From contig CAVVTZ010000007.1 of assembly GCA_963751275.1 (NCBI GenBank), forward strand, positions 224,001 through 288,000: a stretch of DNA of 64,000 bases. Reading direction: 5' to 3'. The notes beneath the pieces were generated by a model that was not told the origin of the DNA, searched no databases, and saw only the letters and a list, made by a program, of their open reading frames with translations. Each line of letters starts with the position of its first letter. Within the stretch, counting starts at the first letter, position 1. The DNA is from an uncultured Gemmatimonadaceae bacterium (GTDB lineage: Bacteria > Gemmatimonadota > Gemmatimonadetes > Gemmatimonadales > Gemmatimonadaceae). This document shows positions 1 to 10,058 of the stretch, piece by piece. Position numbers and translations under genes: made by a program.

Positions 1-1
1 T

Positions 2-1345
2 CGCGCGCAAGGCGCGCCCATCGACTACGCCGCGCTGCAGGACGAGACCGTCGAGGCGCTGCAGGAGTATCTCCGCATCAACACGACCAACCCGCCCGGG
101 AACGAGCTCGCCGCGGCCAGATTCCTGCAGGCGTTCCTGCAGAAGGAAGGGATCGAAGCGGAGATCCTCGATACCGCGGAGCTGGGACCGGGGCGCGCGA
201 ATCTCTACGCGCGCCTCAAGGGGAACGGCACGAAGCGCGCCGTTGCGCTCGTGAACCACATGGATGTCGTGCCCGCCGACCCGGCGACGTGGAAACAGCC
301 GCCCTTCTCCGGCGCGCTCGTGGACGGCGACGTCTGGGGCCGCGGCGCACTCGACATGAAAGGGATCGGCATCGTGCAGCTGATGACGATGGTCGCGATC
401 AAGCGCGCCGGCATCCCGCTCACGCGCGATCTGGTCTTCATCGGGAACGCCGACGAGGAATCCGATGGCTCGGGCGCGATCGTCTTCGTGGCGAAGCACA
501 AGGACAAGCTCGCCGACGTGGAGTTCCTGCTCACCGAGGGGGAAGGGACGCTCGTCGAGAACGGGAAGGTGAAGATGTTCGCGATCGGCGTCGGCGAGAA
601 ACGCCCGTACTGGATGACCCTCACCGTGCACGGCGTTCCGTCGCACGGTTCGGTGCCCACGCCGTACAATCCGGTGCCGAAGCTCGCGCAGGCGGTGGTG
701 CGCCTCGCGCAGTGGCAGACGCCGGTACACATGCTTCCCGCGGTGGACAACTATTTCAAGGCGCTCGCGACGCTCTACACGGGCCAGCAGCGCGCCTGGC
801 TGCTCAACGCTGCGAACGCACTGAAGGATCCCAAGGGGCGCGCCTTCATCCTCAGCGATCCGTACCGCAACGCGATCCTGCGGAACACGGTGGTGCCCAC
901 GGTGCTCAAGGGCTCGAACAAGACGAACATCATCCCCGGCGAGGCGAGCGCGGAGCTCGATATCCGCCTGCTGCCCGACCAGGACACCGCGGCGTTCCAC
1001 CGCGACCTCGATCGCGTGATCGGCGACACGAGCGTCCACAGCGCTGTGTTCGCCGAGGTGACGCCCGAGTATAGCGCGAGCATCAACACGGACATGGTGC
1101 GCGCCGTGGAGAAGGTGATCGGGCAGATGCTGCCCGGCGTCCCCGTCGCGACGCCGCTCGCGGCGGGCGCCACCGACCGGCCCACCTACGCCCAGGTCGG
1201 CATCCAGGCCTACGGCCTCGAGCCGTGGCTCGTGGAGATCACCGACGAGATGTCCGAGGTGCATGGCAACAACGAGCGCCTCTCGGTGAAGAACATCGGG
1301 TTCGGGCTCAAGTTGATGATCGGCGTCATCGAGGCGGTGCAGTAG
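2..1345 (+). CDS. M20/M25/M40 family metallopeptidase (5' end outside window)
   Basis: Frame 2 is open from the window edge (YLRINTTNPPGNE). Motifs HMDVVP, GRGALDMKG, DEE and C-terminal HGNNER. Confidence 0.92.
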   Translation, partial: RAQGAPIDYAALQDETVEALQEYLRINTTNPPGNELAAARFLQAFLQKEGIEAEILDTAELGPGRANLYARLKGNGTKRAVALVNHMDVVPADPATWKQPPFSGALVDGDVWGRGALDMKGIGIVQLMTMVAIKRAGIPLTRDLVFIGNADEESDGSGAIVFVAKHKDKLADVEFLLTEGEGTLVENGKVKMFAIGVGEKRPYWMTLTVHGVPSHGSVPTPYNPVPKLAQAVVRLAQWQTPVHMLPAVDNYFKALATLYTGQQRAWLLNAANALKDPKGRAFILSDPYRNAILRNTVVPTVLKGSNKTNIIPGEASAELDIRLLPDQDTAAFHRDLDRVIGDTSVHSAVFAEVTPEYSASINTDMVRAVEKVIGQMLPGVPVATPLAAGATDRPTYAQVGIQAYGLEPWLVEITDEMSEVHGNNERLSVKNIGFGLKLMIGVIEAVQ

Positions 1346-1638
1346 CGGGCCGGGACTACGGCGATGAGCCGGTGTGCTCCAACGGGGAATCCGCCGTCAT
1401 AGGGGCCGTGTGCGCCTCGGGCGCCGCGCCGCAGAGCGGAAAACGGGCGTTTCCCCTATGAGAAAACGGCCCGAAAACGGCCGGTCGGCTCATTTCCCCT
1501 CTGGGGCGGGCCCGGCCCCCCATGAGAAAACCGCATCTTCCCTATTGCGTTGTAGAGGGAGCGGCGTAGTATTTGGCGCGTCGGACCGGCGTTCCTTCGC
1601 CCGACGGCGAATCACTCACCACTCCGGAGAGGGCATCG

Positions 1639-1944
1639 ATGGCCACCAAGAAGAAGGCGAAGAAGAAGGTCGCGAAGAAGGCGGGCAAGAAGCGGAAGCC
1701 CAACGCAGCGTTCATGAAGCCGATGATGCCGGACGCCGCGCTCGGCGCCGTCGTCGGCAACAAGGCGATGCCCCGCACCCAGATCACGAAGAAGCTCTGG
1801 CAGTACATCAAGAAGCACAAACTGCAGGACAAGAAGAACCGCCGCATGATCAACGCGGACGACAAGATGCTGAAGGTGTTCAACGGCAAGAAGCAGGTCT
1901 CGATGTTCGAGATGACCAAGCTGGCCAGCAAGCACATGAAGTAG
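1639..1944 (+). CDS. Stand-alone SWIB/MDM2-domain protein with Lys-rich N-terminal tail
   Basis: GGAGAGG upstream of ATG 1639. NAAFMKP...PRTQITKKLWQYIKKHKLQD...INADDK...VF.GKKQVSMFEMTK is the bacterial SWIB signature. Confidence 0.92.
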   Translation: MATKKKAKKKVAKKAGKKRKPNAAFMKPMMPDAALGAVVGNKAMPRTQITKKLWQYIKKHKLQDKKNRRMINADDKMLKVFNGKKQVSMFEMTKLASKHMK

Positions 1945-1966
1945 TTCGCGACGACAGTCGCGTGCT

Positions 1967-2001
1967 CGACGGGGCGGCTCGCTCGCGGGCCGCCTTCGTT
2001 G
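1967..2001 (+). terminator. Probable intrinsic terminator after the SWIB gene
   Basis: Hairpin CGACGGGGCGGCTC...GGGCCGCCTTCGTTG followed by a T-enriched stretch. Confidence 0.5.
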
Positions 2002-2067
2002 TCTTCGCTCTTCGTGCTGCCGGGCGCTGTCCGCAGCGCCGAACGCCTCTCAACGCCCCGAGCCGCT

Positions 2068-2835
2068 GTGGCCGATCCCGCCCGTACCGCCGCCAAGAAG
2101 TCGCTGCCCAAGAAGCCGGACCCCCCGATGACGCCCGCGGCCGTCGCGCGCCTCATCCTCGAAGTGGTCGCGATCTGGGCCGTCGTCCACACGCTCCTCC
2201 TCGCCGGCTACCGCATCCCCAGCGGCAGCATGGAGCCCACGCTGCAGACGGGTGATTTCCTCTTCGTCACGCCGCTTCCCTACGGACCGCACATCCCGTT
2301 CACGCAGTGGAACCTGCCGGGATTCTCCGACCCGCCGCGCGGCAAGATCTCCGTCTACGATTCGCCGCCGCAGCACTGGACGCCCGAGACGCCGTTCTTC
2401 GACAAGAACGACTCGATGCTCACGGTGGTGAAGCGCATCGTGGCCACGCCCGGCGACACGATCTACATGCGCGCCGGCGTCCTCTACGTGAACGGTGTCG
2501 AAAGCCTGCCGCCGGTGGTCCCCGCGCCCGGACCGCAGCAGCCCGGCGAGACGAGCGTCGCCTTCGAGTGGCAGAAGAAGTTCACGGTCGCCGCCTCGCG
2601 CTTCGGCCCCGCCCCCGCGGTGCCCACGCACGATGACTGGGGCCCGCTCCTCGTGCCCGCCGGCCATTACTTCTCCCTCGGCGACAACCGCTACAACTCG
2701 ATCGACGCGCGCTACTACGGGTTCATCCCGCGCAAGAATTTCCGCGGCCGCCCGCTGTTCATCTATTTCTCCTTCGACGTCGACGATCTGCGCCTGCGCT
2801 GGCGCCGCCTATTGAAAGGTCTGTGGAACGCGTGA
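2068..2835 (+). CDS. lepB: Signal peptidase I
   Basis: N-terminal TM segment, PSGSMEPTL (Ser), VKRIV (Lys), GDNRYNSIDARYYG. Start uncertain (1999/2068). Confidence 0.93.
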   Translation: MADPARTAAKKSLPKKPDPPMTPAAVARLILEVVAIWAVVHTLLLAGYRIPSGSMEPTLQTGDFLFVTPLPYGPHIPFTQWNLPGFSDPPRGKISVYDSPPQHWTPETPFFDKNDSMLTVVKRIVATPGDTIYMRAGVLYVNGVESLPPVVPAPGPQQPGETSVAFEWQKKFTVAASRFGPAPAVPTHDDWGPLLVPAGHYFSLGDNRYNSIDARYYGFIPRKNFRGRPLFIYFSFDVDDLRLRWRRLLKGLWNA

Positions 2836-4176
2836 CGCCCGGCGACGGCGCGCCCCCCGCGCCGCGCGCCGCCAGCTTCGTCCGTGGCCTCTCGCTCGCC
2901 GGCGTCGTCGCGCTCATCGCCGGCAACATGCTCGGCACGTCGCTCTACACGCTGCCGGCCTCGCTCGCCCAGCAGGTCGGACCCATCGGCCTGCTCTCCT
3001 GGCTCATCACCGCCGCGGGCTTCTTCCTGCTCGCCATCCTCTACGGCTCGCTCGGCACGCGCTTCCCGCGCACCGGCGGACCATACGTCTTCGCGCGCGA
3101 AGCGTTCGGCGACTTCGCCGGATTCCAGACGGTGTGGATGTACTGGCTCAGCGCCGCCGTCGGGAACGCCGCGATCGTCACCGGCGGGATCGCGTACTTC
3201 ACACGGCTCTTCCCCGTGCTCAACGCGAGCCTCTGGTACCAGTTCTTCCTCGCCGAGGGGATCCTCTGGACGCTCTGCACGCTGAACGTGCTCGGCATCA
3301 AGATCGGCGCGCGCGTGCAGATGGCGATCCTGCTCTTCAGCCTCGTGCCGCTCACGCTCCTCGGCCTGGTGCTCTTCCACTTCGATCCAGCGAACCTCCA
3401 CCCCTTTGCGCCCAAGGGCATTGGCGCGCTCGCCACCGGGTCAGCGCTCCTCGTGTGGGCGTTCTCCGGCATCGAGTCGGCCACCGTGCCCGCCGAGGAG
3501 GTGGACCAGCCCGGCAAGATGATCCGCCTCGGCACGATGCTCGGCTTCGGCGTGGCCACGCTGGTCTTCTTCGTCTTCGCGCTGGCGGTGACGGGTGTGC
3601 TGCCGAACGATGTCGTCGCGTCCTCGGCGCATCCGCTGGAACTCGCGGCGCAGCAGGTGCTCGGCCCGCGCGCCGCCTTCTGGGTGAGCGTCGGCGCGGT
3701 GTTCGCCTCGCTCGGCGTGCTCAATGGCTGGACGCTCATGGTGGGACGCATCCCATTCAGCGCCGCCGAGGACGGCATCTTCTTCCGCGCCTTCGGCGAA
3801 CTCCATCCTCGCTTCGGCACGCCGCATGTGGCGCTCATCACCGGCACGATGGTCGCCGCGCTGCTCATTCCGCTCTACTTCGTGAAGGGCACGCTGCTGG
3901 ATGTCTTCACGCTGCTGATCCTGCTCGCCAATCTCGGCGCGCTCTTCCCGTACCTGTACAACTCCGCGGCCGCGCTGATGCTGGCGCGCCGGCCCGGCGG
4001 GGATTGGAGCCCGGCATTCCGCCTGCGCACTCAGGCGATCGCGCTGGTCTGCTTCCTCTTCATGCTGTGGGCCACGTACGGTGTCGGGCAGGAAGTGATC
4101 TTCTACGGGTTCCTGGTGATGATGGCGGGGGTGCCCCTGTACATTCTGGTTCAAGACCTCCGAACGGGCTCCGTAA
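2832..4176 (+). CDS. APC-family amino acid/polyamine permease (probable +1 frameshift near 4145)
   Basis: About 12 TMs, GNMLGTS, FPRTGGPY, WAFSGIE, HPRFGTP. Removing one T at ~4145 gives YIWFKTSERAP and a stop (TAA 4174-4176). Confidence 0.88.
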
Positions 4177-4238
4177 CCCGCGCGCCCCTGTTGCCCTGGC
4201 GCCCCTCCAGTCGTAGGAAATGGAGGAGGAATCGCGCC

Positions 4239-4520
4239 ATGAACGAGAAACAATTGATGGGGCTGGGCCTGGTCTTCGTCGTGCTCATGATCGTCGCGCT
4301 CTTCATCGCGTGGCGCCTGCAGCGCTTGGCCAAGCAGAAGGAGGACGCCGAGAAGCGCGCGGTGGTCGCCTTCGAACAGATGAACCTGCTCACCAAGCAG
4401 CTCCGCGAGCGCGCCACGAGCGGGACGGTCGCGTTGCCCCCCGAGTCGCTGCCTCCCGGCGAGCGGCTGCAGCAAATGTATCCGGGGCCGAAGCGCCAGA
4501 CCGGGGCGGCGGGTTCCTGA
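4239..4520 (+). CDS. Small single-TM protein with coiled coil
   Basis: Strong RBS GGAGGAGGA before ATG 4239; N-terminal hydrophobic helix. Fused to the permease in the ORF track only because of the frameshift. Confidence 0.7.
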   Translation: MNEKQLMGLGLVFVVLMIVALFIAWRLQRLAKQKEDAEKRAVVAFEQMNLLTKQLRERATSGTVALPPESLPPGERLQQMYPGPKRQTGAAGS

Positions 4521-4567
4521 CCCGTCCGGCCGCGCCGCACACCGGGCGTGGCGCGTTAGATTGAACT

Positions 4568-5110
4568 ATGAGCTTCTTCCCGCGCCATACGGAGACTCTC
4601 ACCGCGGAAGACGCGCTCCCGCGGCGCTTCGCGCACTCGCTCGCGGGCATGGCGGTCATCACAGCCGTGCTCGTGTATGGCTTTCGCCTGGTCGCCTTTC
4701 ACAACGGCGCCGGCCGATCATTGTTGCTGCTCTCCCTGGGCGTGCTCGGCCAGCTCGGCCTGCTGATCGCCGGCACCACGATCCACCTGGGCAGCCATCC
4801 GGTGCATCAATGGAAATGGCGCGCGCCGGTGTTCGCGCTGGTGGAGAGCCTCACGGCGATCACGATCAGCGCCATCCTCATCTTCTTCGGCGTGGAGATC
4901 ATCGGCGCCGAACACGCCGGCTGGGCCGACTGGACGACGCTCGCCTTTCGCACGGTGATCCTGCACACGGGCGCGATCGTCATCTTCGCGCTGATCCTGG
5001 GTTTCGTGGTGCAGCGCGTCCGCTACGCGATGCTCAAGCACGAAAACCGCGAGAGCACGGCGCAACTGATCCACGCCGACCACGTGAAGCAGGAAGAGTC
5101 CGCTTCCTGA
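4568..5110 (+). CDS. Hypothetical membrane protein (about 4 TM)
   Basis: Hydrophobic ORF with high-GC codon pattern, in an operon-like run. Confidence 0.75.
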   Translation: MSFFPRHTETLTAEDALPRRFAHSLAGMAVITAVLVYGFRLVAFHNGAGRSLLLLSLGVLGQLGLLIAGTTIHLGSHPVHQWKWRAPVFALVESLTAITISAILIFFGVEIIGAEHAGWADWTTLAFRTVILHTGAIVIFALILGFVVQRVRYAMLKHENRESTAQLIHADHVKQEESAS

Positions 5111-5135
5111 CGGCGCCGCGAGTATCTTTCCCCTT

Positions 5136-5501
5136 ATGCCGCGCAAGGACAAGCAGCTGATCGTCGTGGGCGACCGCGTGCTCATCGCCATTGAAGCGGG
5201 CGAGGAGCGCAGCAAGGTCGGCCTGTACCTGCCGCCGAGCGCCGTGGACACGCAGGCGGTGCAGGGCGGCCGCATCGTCGCGACGGGCCCGGGACTGCCG
5301 ATGCCGGATCCCGCCGACGCGAGCGAAGAACCCTGGCGCACGGCTGCGCGCGAGACGCGCTTCGTGCCGATGCAGGCGCGCGAAGGCGACTACGCGCTCT
5401 TCTTCCGCCGTGCCGCGGTGGAGATCTCCTTCGAGAACGACCGCTATCTCGTCGTCCCGCAGACCGCGATCCTCGCGCTCGTGCGCGGCGGCGCTCCATG
5501 A
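5136..5501 (+). CDS. GroES/Cpn10-family co-chaperone-like protein
   Basis: VVGDRVLI, SKVGLYLPP, GRIVATGPG, ILALV. No groEL adjacent. Confidence 0.85.
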   Translation: MPRKDKQLIVVGDRVLIAIEAGEERSKVGLYLPPSAVDTQAVQGGRIVATGPGLPMPDPADASEEPWRTAARETRFVPMQAREGDYALFFRRAAVEISFENDRYLVVPQTAILALVRGGAP

Positions 5502-5929
5502 GAGGGTTGCCCATGATGTACGACGAACGCTTCATCGCGCCGATGCGCGCGGAACTCACCCGCATCGGCATCACGGAACTGAAGACGCCGGCCGAGGTGG
5601 ACGGCGCGCTGAAGGATGCGCCCGGCACCACGCTGCTGGTGGTGAATTCGATGTGCGGCTGCGCCGCGCGCAACGCCCGTCCGGCGATCACGCTCGCGCT
5701 CGCGAACGCGAAGAAGCCCGCGAAACTGACGACGGTCTTCGCCGGCCAGGACGCCGAGGCGACGGAGCGCGCGCGGAGTTACATCACGGGCTACCGGCCG
5801 AGTTCGCCGAGCATCGCACTGCTGAAGGACGGGAAGGTCGCGTTCATGCTCGAGCGGAGCCAGATCGAAGGGCGGGATGCGGCATCCATCGCGGCGGATC
5901 TGACGGCGGCGTTCGAGGCCAACTGCTGA
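5498..5929 (+). CDS. BrxA/BrxB family bacilliredoxin
   Basis: PMRAELT, VVNSMCGCAA (CGC motif), LTTVFAGQD, PSSPSIALLKDG. Confidence 0.93.
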   Translation: MRGLPMMYDERFIAPMRAELTRIGITELKTPAEVDGALKDAPGTTLLVVNSMCGCAARNARPAITLALANAKKPAKLTTVFAGQDAEATERARSYITGYRPSSPSIALLKDGKVAFMLERSQIEGRDAASIAADLTAAFEANC

Positions 5930-5934
5930 CTTCG

Positions 5935-7215
5935 TCAGTTAGAGCTTCTCACCCATCTCGCGACTTCGCCCAGCGATGGCCGCTTCCCGTACATGAGCAG
6001 TCCTACCCGGTAGATCCTCGCCGCGAGCCACACGGCGCCGGCGCACGCGGCGAGCACCCCGAGCAGGGTGAGCGCCACCTCGAGCCACGGCACGCTGGTC
6101 ACGATCATGCGGAGCGGCATGATGATCGGCGCCGAGAAGGGGAGCCACGAGAGCACCTCGGCGGTGCGGCTCGATGGGTTCAGCAGGATCGTCTGCAGGA
6201 AGATCATCGGCGTGATCAGCAGCAGGATCACCGGGGTCGCGGCTTGCTGCGCGTCCTGCTCGTTGCTCACCATCGCGCCGACGGCCGCGAACAGCGACGA
6301 ATAGAAGATGTAGCCGAGCACGAAGAAGAGGACGAGCACGATCGCCGCGGCCAGGCTCACGTGCGGCAGCGGCGAGGCATTGGGCTTCGCGCCGAGCGCG
6401 AGCAGGATCGGGGCGCGGAACCTCGCCATGAGGACCAGGCTCGTGAACCAGACGATCTGCTGGGTGATGCCCACCGCGCCCACGCCGAGCACTTTGCCGG
6501 CGAGCAGCGTGTCCGTGGACACGCTCGACACCACCACCTCGGCCACGCGCGTGTTCTTCTCCTCGATCACGCCGCGCAGCACGGTCTGCCCATAGAGGAT
6601 GATCGACATGTAGAGCAGGAACGCCATGCCGAACCCGGCGAAGGCGTTCACCAATCCCGATCCGGCGCGCCCCTGCTCGGACAGCCGCTCGGTGACCAGC
6701 TGCGGCTTGAGCGCGGCGATCGCCGCGGCCTGCGCCGAATCCACATGCGCCTGCGCGAGCCGCGTGCGCAGCACGCTCTGGCGCACGACACCGGTGAGCG
6801 TCTCCATGTCGCCGATGGAGCTGGCGTTGCGGCCCGCGTACCGCGCCGAGTCGCCGGACATCGTGAAGTTGTCGAGCACGAGATAGCCGCGCGTCGCGTC
6901 GCGCACGACCTCGTGCGTGGCCGTGCTCTCGGCGCGCGTGAGCGTGTCGAGCGACACCACGCGCACCACCGGCAGGGGAGCGCCGAACGGACGCGGGATC
7001 GCGGCGGCCACGCGGTCGCCGAGCCCGGCGCCCGTGGCGTCGAGGATGACGATGTTCGCGACGTCCTCGGAGGCCTTGGTGCGCAGCGCGAGCAGCGGCG
7101 GGACGATGAGCAGTGCGCCGAAGAGCACGGGGCCGAAGATCGTCGCGAAGAGGAACCACTTGCTGCGCACACGCTCCATGTACTCGCGCGTGATCACCGC
7201 CCAGAGCTTAGCCAT
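5935..7215 (-). CDS. ABC-2 type transporter permease (NatB/YhaP-like)
   Basis: REYMERVR, large extracytoplasmic loop, VIEEKNTRVAE, multiple TMs, RIYRVGLLMYG. Confidence 0.9.
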   Translation of the reverse strand: MAKLWAVITREYMERVRSKWFLFATIFGPVLFGALLIVPPLLALRTKASEDVANIVILDATGAGLGDRVAAAIPRPFGAPLPVVRVVSLDTLTRAESTATHEVVRDATRGYLVLDNFTMSGDSARYAGRNASSIGDMETLTGVVRQSVLRTRLAQAHVDSAQAAAIAALKPQLVTERLSEQGRAGSGLVNAFAGFGMAFLLYMSIILYGQTVLRGVIEEKNTRVAEVVVSSVSTDTLLAGKVLGVGAVGITQQIVWFTSLVLMARFRAPILLALGAKPNASPLPHVSLAAAIVLVLFFVLGYIFYSSLFAAVGAMVSNEQDAQQAATPVILLLITPMIFLQTILLNPSSRTAEVLSWLPFSAPIIMPLRMIVTSVPWLEVALTLLGVLAACAGAVWLAARIYRVGLLMYGKRPSLGEVARWVRSSN

Positions 7216-8173
7216 GGCCGGTCACCCCCTCTTCCACGCCGGTGGCGCCCACCGCGTCGAGGAAGATCCGGTGGAGCGAAGGCTGCACGAGCTCGAAACG
7301 CTCGATGCCGACGCCCGCGTCCACGAGGCGCTGCAGGAGCCGTTGCGGGTCCGCCCCGCGCGCGAGCTCGATCTCCAGCGAGCGGTTCGAATCATCGGCG
7401 CGGGCGACGAGCGATGCGTCGGCGAGCACGGCGGCGGCCGCCTGCGCGCCGTTGCCGGAGAGGGAGAGCGCCACGAAGCGCCCGCCGTGCTGCGCCTTCA
7501 CGGCCGCGACGCCGCCATCCAGTACCTTCTCGCCGCGCGCGATGATGCACACGGCATCGCACATGCGCTCGGCGCTGTCCATGAGATGGGTGCTGAAGAT
7601 CACCGTGCGCCCCGCGTTGCGGAGATCGATCATGATGTCCTTCAGCGCCTGAGCGTTGATCGGGTCGAGCCCGCTGAACGGCTCGTCGAGGATCACGAGC
7701 TCGGGCTCGTGCAGCAGCGTGCCGATGAACTGCACTTTCTGCTGCATGCCGCGCGAGAGTTCATCGACCTTCGCGAGCCCCCAATCCTTGTCGGCGGTCT
7801 TGAGCTCCAGGCGCTCGAGCCACGTGGTGATCCGCCGGTCGGCCTCGTGGCGCGGCACGCCCTTGAGCGCGGCGAGGAACCGCAGCACGCGGCGCACTTG
7901 CATCTTCTTGTAGAGGCCGCGCTCCTCGGGCAGGTACCCGATCCGGTCGGTGCTGCCGAGTTCGTTATGCGCCTTGCCGAAGAGCTTGATCGATCCCTCG
8001 TCGGGCTCGATGATCTCGAGGATCATGCGGATGGTGGTCGTCTTCCCCGCGCCGTTCGGCCCAAGCAGGCCGTACACCGAACCGCGGGGCACCGTGAGCG
8101 ACAGGTCCTTCACGGCCGCGTGACCGGCGTAGCGCTTGACGACGTGCGAGATCTCGACGGCCGGATCGGGCAT
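7208..8173 (-). CDS. ABC transporter ATP-binding protein
   Basis: GPNGAGKTT, LSRGMQQK, ILDEPFSGLD. Confidence 0.95.
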   Translation of the reverse strand: MPDPAVEISHVVKRYAGHAAVKDLSLTVPRGSVYGLLGPNGAGKTTTIRMILEIIEPDEGSIKLFGKAHNELGSTDRIGYLPEERGLYKKMQVRRVLRFLAALKGVPRHEADRRITTWLERLELKTADKDWGLAKVDELSRGMQQKVQFIGTLLHEPELVILDEPFSGLDPINAQALKDIMIDLRNAGRTVIFSTHLMDSAERMCDAVCIIARGEKVLDGGVAAVKAQHGGRFVALSLSGNGAQAAAAVLADASLVARADDSNRSLEIELARGADPQRLLQRLVDAGVGIERFELVQPSLHRIFLDAVGATGVEEGVTGHG

Positions 8174-8180
8174 GCACGGC

Positions 8181-8323
8181 TCGGGATTCGGGATTCGGGA
8201 CTCGGGGACGACCAAAGCTACTCGCGCGACCGAGCGGCAGACAACGGCGTGGTCGGTTGCTCTCCGGTCGGTGCGTGGCGAACTTCTTCCACTCGCCCGC
8301 GAATCCCGAATCCCGAGTCCCGA
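8181..8323. repeat. Inverted pair of heptamer (GGGAYTC) tandem arrays
   Basis: TCGGGATTCGGGATTCGGGACTCGGG (8181-8206) faces GAATCCCGAATCCCGAGTCCCGA (8301-8323). Confidence 0.85.
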
Positions 8324-8329
8324 ACGCCA

Positions 8330-9260
8330 ATGCGACTGGTAGCGAGCGTGCTGCTCGGTCTTGCCCTCACGGCGAGTCGAGTTTCAGCCCAGGAGCTGAC
8401 CATCTTCAACGCCGACGCCCTCGGCGCGTCCTTGCGCGCCGCGGCCGACAGCTTCGCCGCGCGGGAGCACATCACGGTCGCGCAGGAGAATGCCGGCAGC
8501 CTCGAGACCGCGCGCAAACTCACCGAACTCGGGAAGATCCCGGACGTCATCGCGCTCGCGGACCGTGACGTGTTCCCGAAGCTGCTCATGCCGAGCTACG
8601 TGACGTGGTACGCGCTGTTCGCGCGCAATCGCATGGTGATCGCGTACAGTTCCAGGTCGCGCTTCGCCGCGGAGATGACCGCGCGGAATTGGCCATCGAT
8701 CCTTCTTCGCCCGGGCGTCGAGACCGGACGCGCGGATCCGGACCGCGATCCGAATGGCTACCGGACGTTGCTCGTGCTGCAACTCGCCGAGGGCTTCTAC
8801 CATCAGCCTGGATTCGCGGCGCAGCTGCTGGCCGCGATCCCCGTGCGGAACATCCGCCCGCACGCCATGGATCTCGTCGCGCTGCTCCAGTCCGGCGACC
8901 TCGATTACATTCTGGTCGTACGAGTCCGTGGCGCAGACCGCTTCGCTCTCGTATCTGACGCTGCCGCCAGAGATCGACCTCGGCGACCCCGCGGAGAGCG
9001 TGCGCTACGCCACGGTCTCGGTTCGCGTCGCCGGCAACACGCCGCACGATTCGGTGACGTTCCGCGGTGCGCCCATCGTGTTCGCGCTCTCCATTCCGTC
9101 AGGCGCGACGCACGCCGCGCTGGCGGCGCGCTTCGTCGCCTATCTCTTCTCGCCCGACGGCCAGCGGGTGCTCCGCGCGGCGAAGCTCGACGTACTCCTG
9201 CGGCCGGTGATCACCGGCGCCGGCGCGCCCGACGCCGTCGAGCGAGCGGCCGCGCCGTGA
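8330..9260 (+). CDS. wtpA: WtpA-type tungstate/molybdate ABC substrate-binding protein (frameshift ~8910)
   Basis: Signal peptide, AGSLETARKLTELGKIPDVIALAD, DPDRDPNGYR. After the shift: YESVA...LPPEIDLGDP...GAPIVFALSIP. Confidence 0.82.
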
Positions 9261-10058
9261 ACGGCACCCGCGCGACGCACCGCGCCGCCTCGGTGATCGC
9301 GGCGCTCGCCGGCTCGCTCTTCCTCCTGTTCCTGCTCGCGCCGCTCGCCCGGCTCGTCGTCGCAGGGGGGCCATCCGGCGCGGCGGGCCTCTTCACCGAC
9401 GCCGAGCTCCGCCGCTCTCTCGCCCTCACGGCGCTCACCGCCACCGCCGCGACGGTCCTCGGAATGCTCGGTGGTGCACCGCTCGCGTACCTCCTCGAGC
9501 GCCGCCGGTTCCGCGGCCGCTCGCTGCTGGCCGCACTGCTCGACCTGCCCCTGATCGTGCCGCACCCCGTGGCCGGCATGGCGTTGCTGCTCGTGCTCGG
9601 CCGGCAGAGTGCGGTGGGCGGCGCGCTGCTCGCGGCCGGTCTCCGCGTGGTGGGTTCGCCGGTGGGCATCATCTGCGGCGATGCTGTTCGTCTCGGCGCC
9701 GCTCTTCATCAGCGCGGCGCGCGAGGCATTCGGCGGCGTGAACGCGCGCTACGAGAACGTGGCGCGCACGCTCGGAGATCCGCCGTGGCGCGCCTTCCGC
9801 CGCGTGACGCTCCCGCTCGCGACGCGCGGGCTCATCGCCGCCGGCGTCGTGATGTGGGCGAGGGCGGTGAGCGAGTTCGGTGCGATCCTGGTGCTCACGT
9901 ACAACCCCAAGGTCGCGAGCGTGCTCAGCTACGACCGTTACTCGAGCTACGGACTCACCGAGGCGCTGCCGGTGGCGGCGATCCTCGTCCTGCTGGCGCT
10001 CGTGCCGCTCGTCGCCCTGCGCGCGCTGCGCCCCGAGCGCGGCGCGGTGGACGCATGA
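9257..10058 (+). CDS. wtpB: Mo/W ABC permease (frameshift ~9677)
   Basis: DLPLIVPHPVAG, then in the shifted frame YENVARTLG (EAA loop) and WARAVSEFGA. Confidence 0.85.

Noticed and set aside
2823..4520. Permease fused to a C-terminal TM/coiled-coil domain
   Set aside because: A one-base correction gives a stop at 4176, and the downstream part has its own strong RBS.
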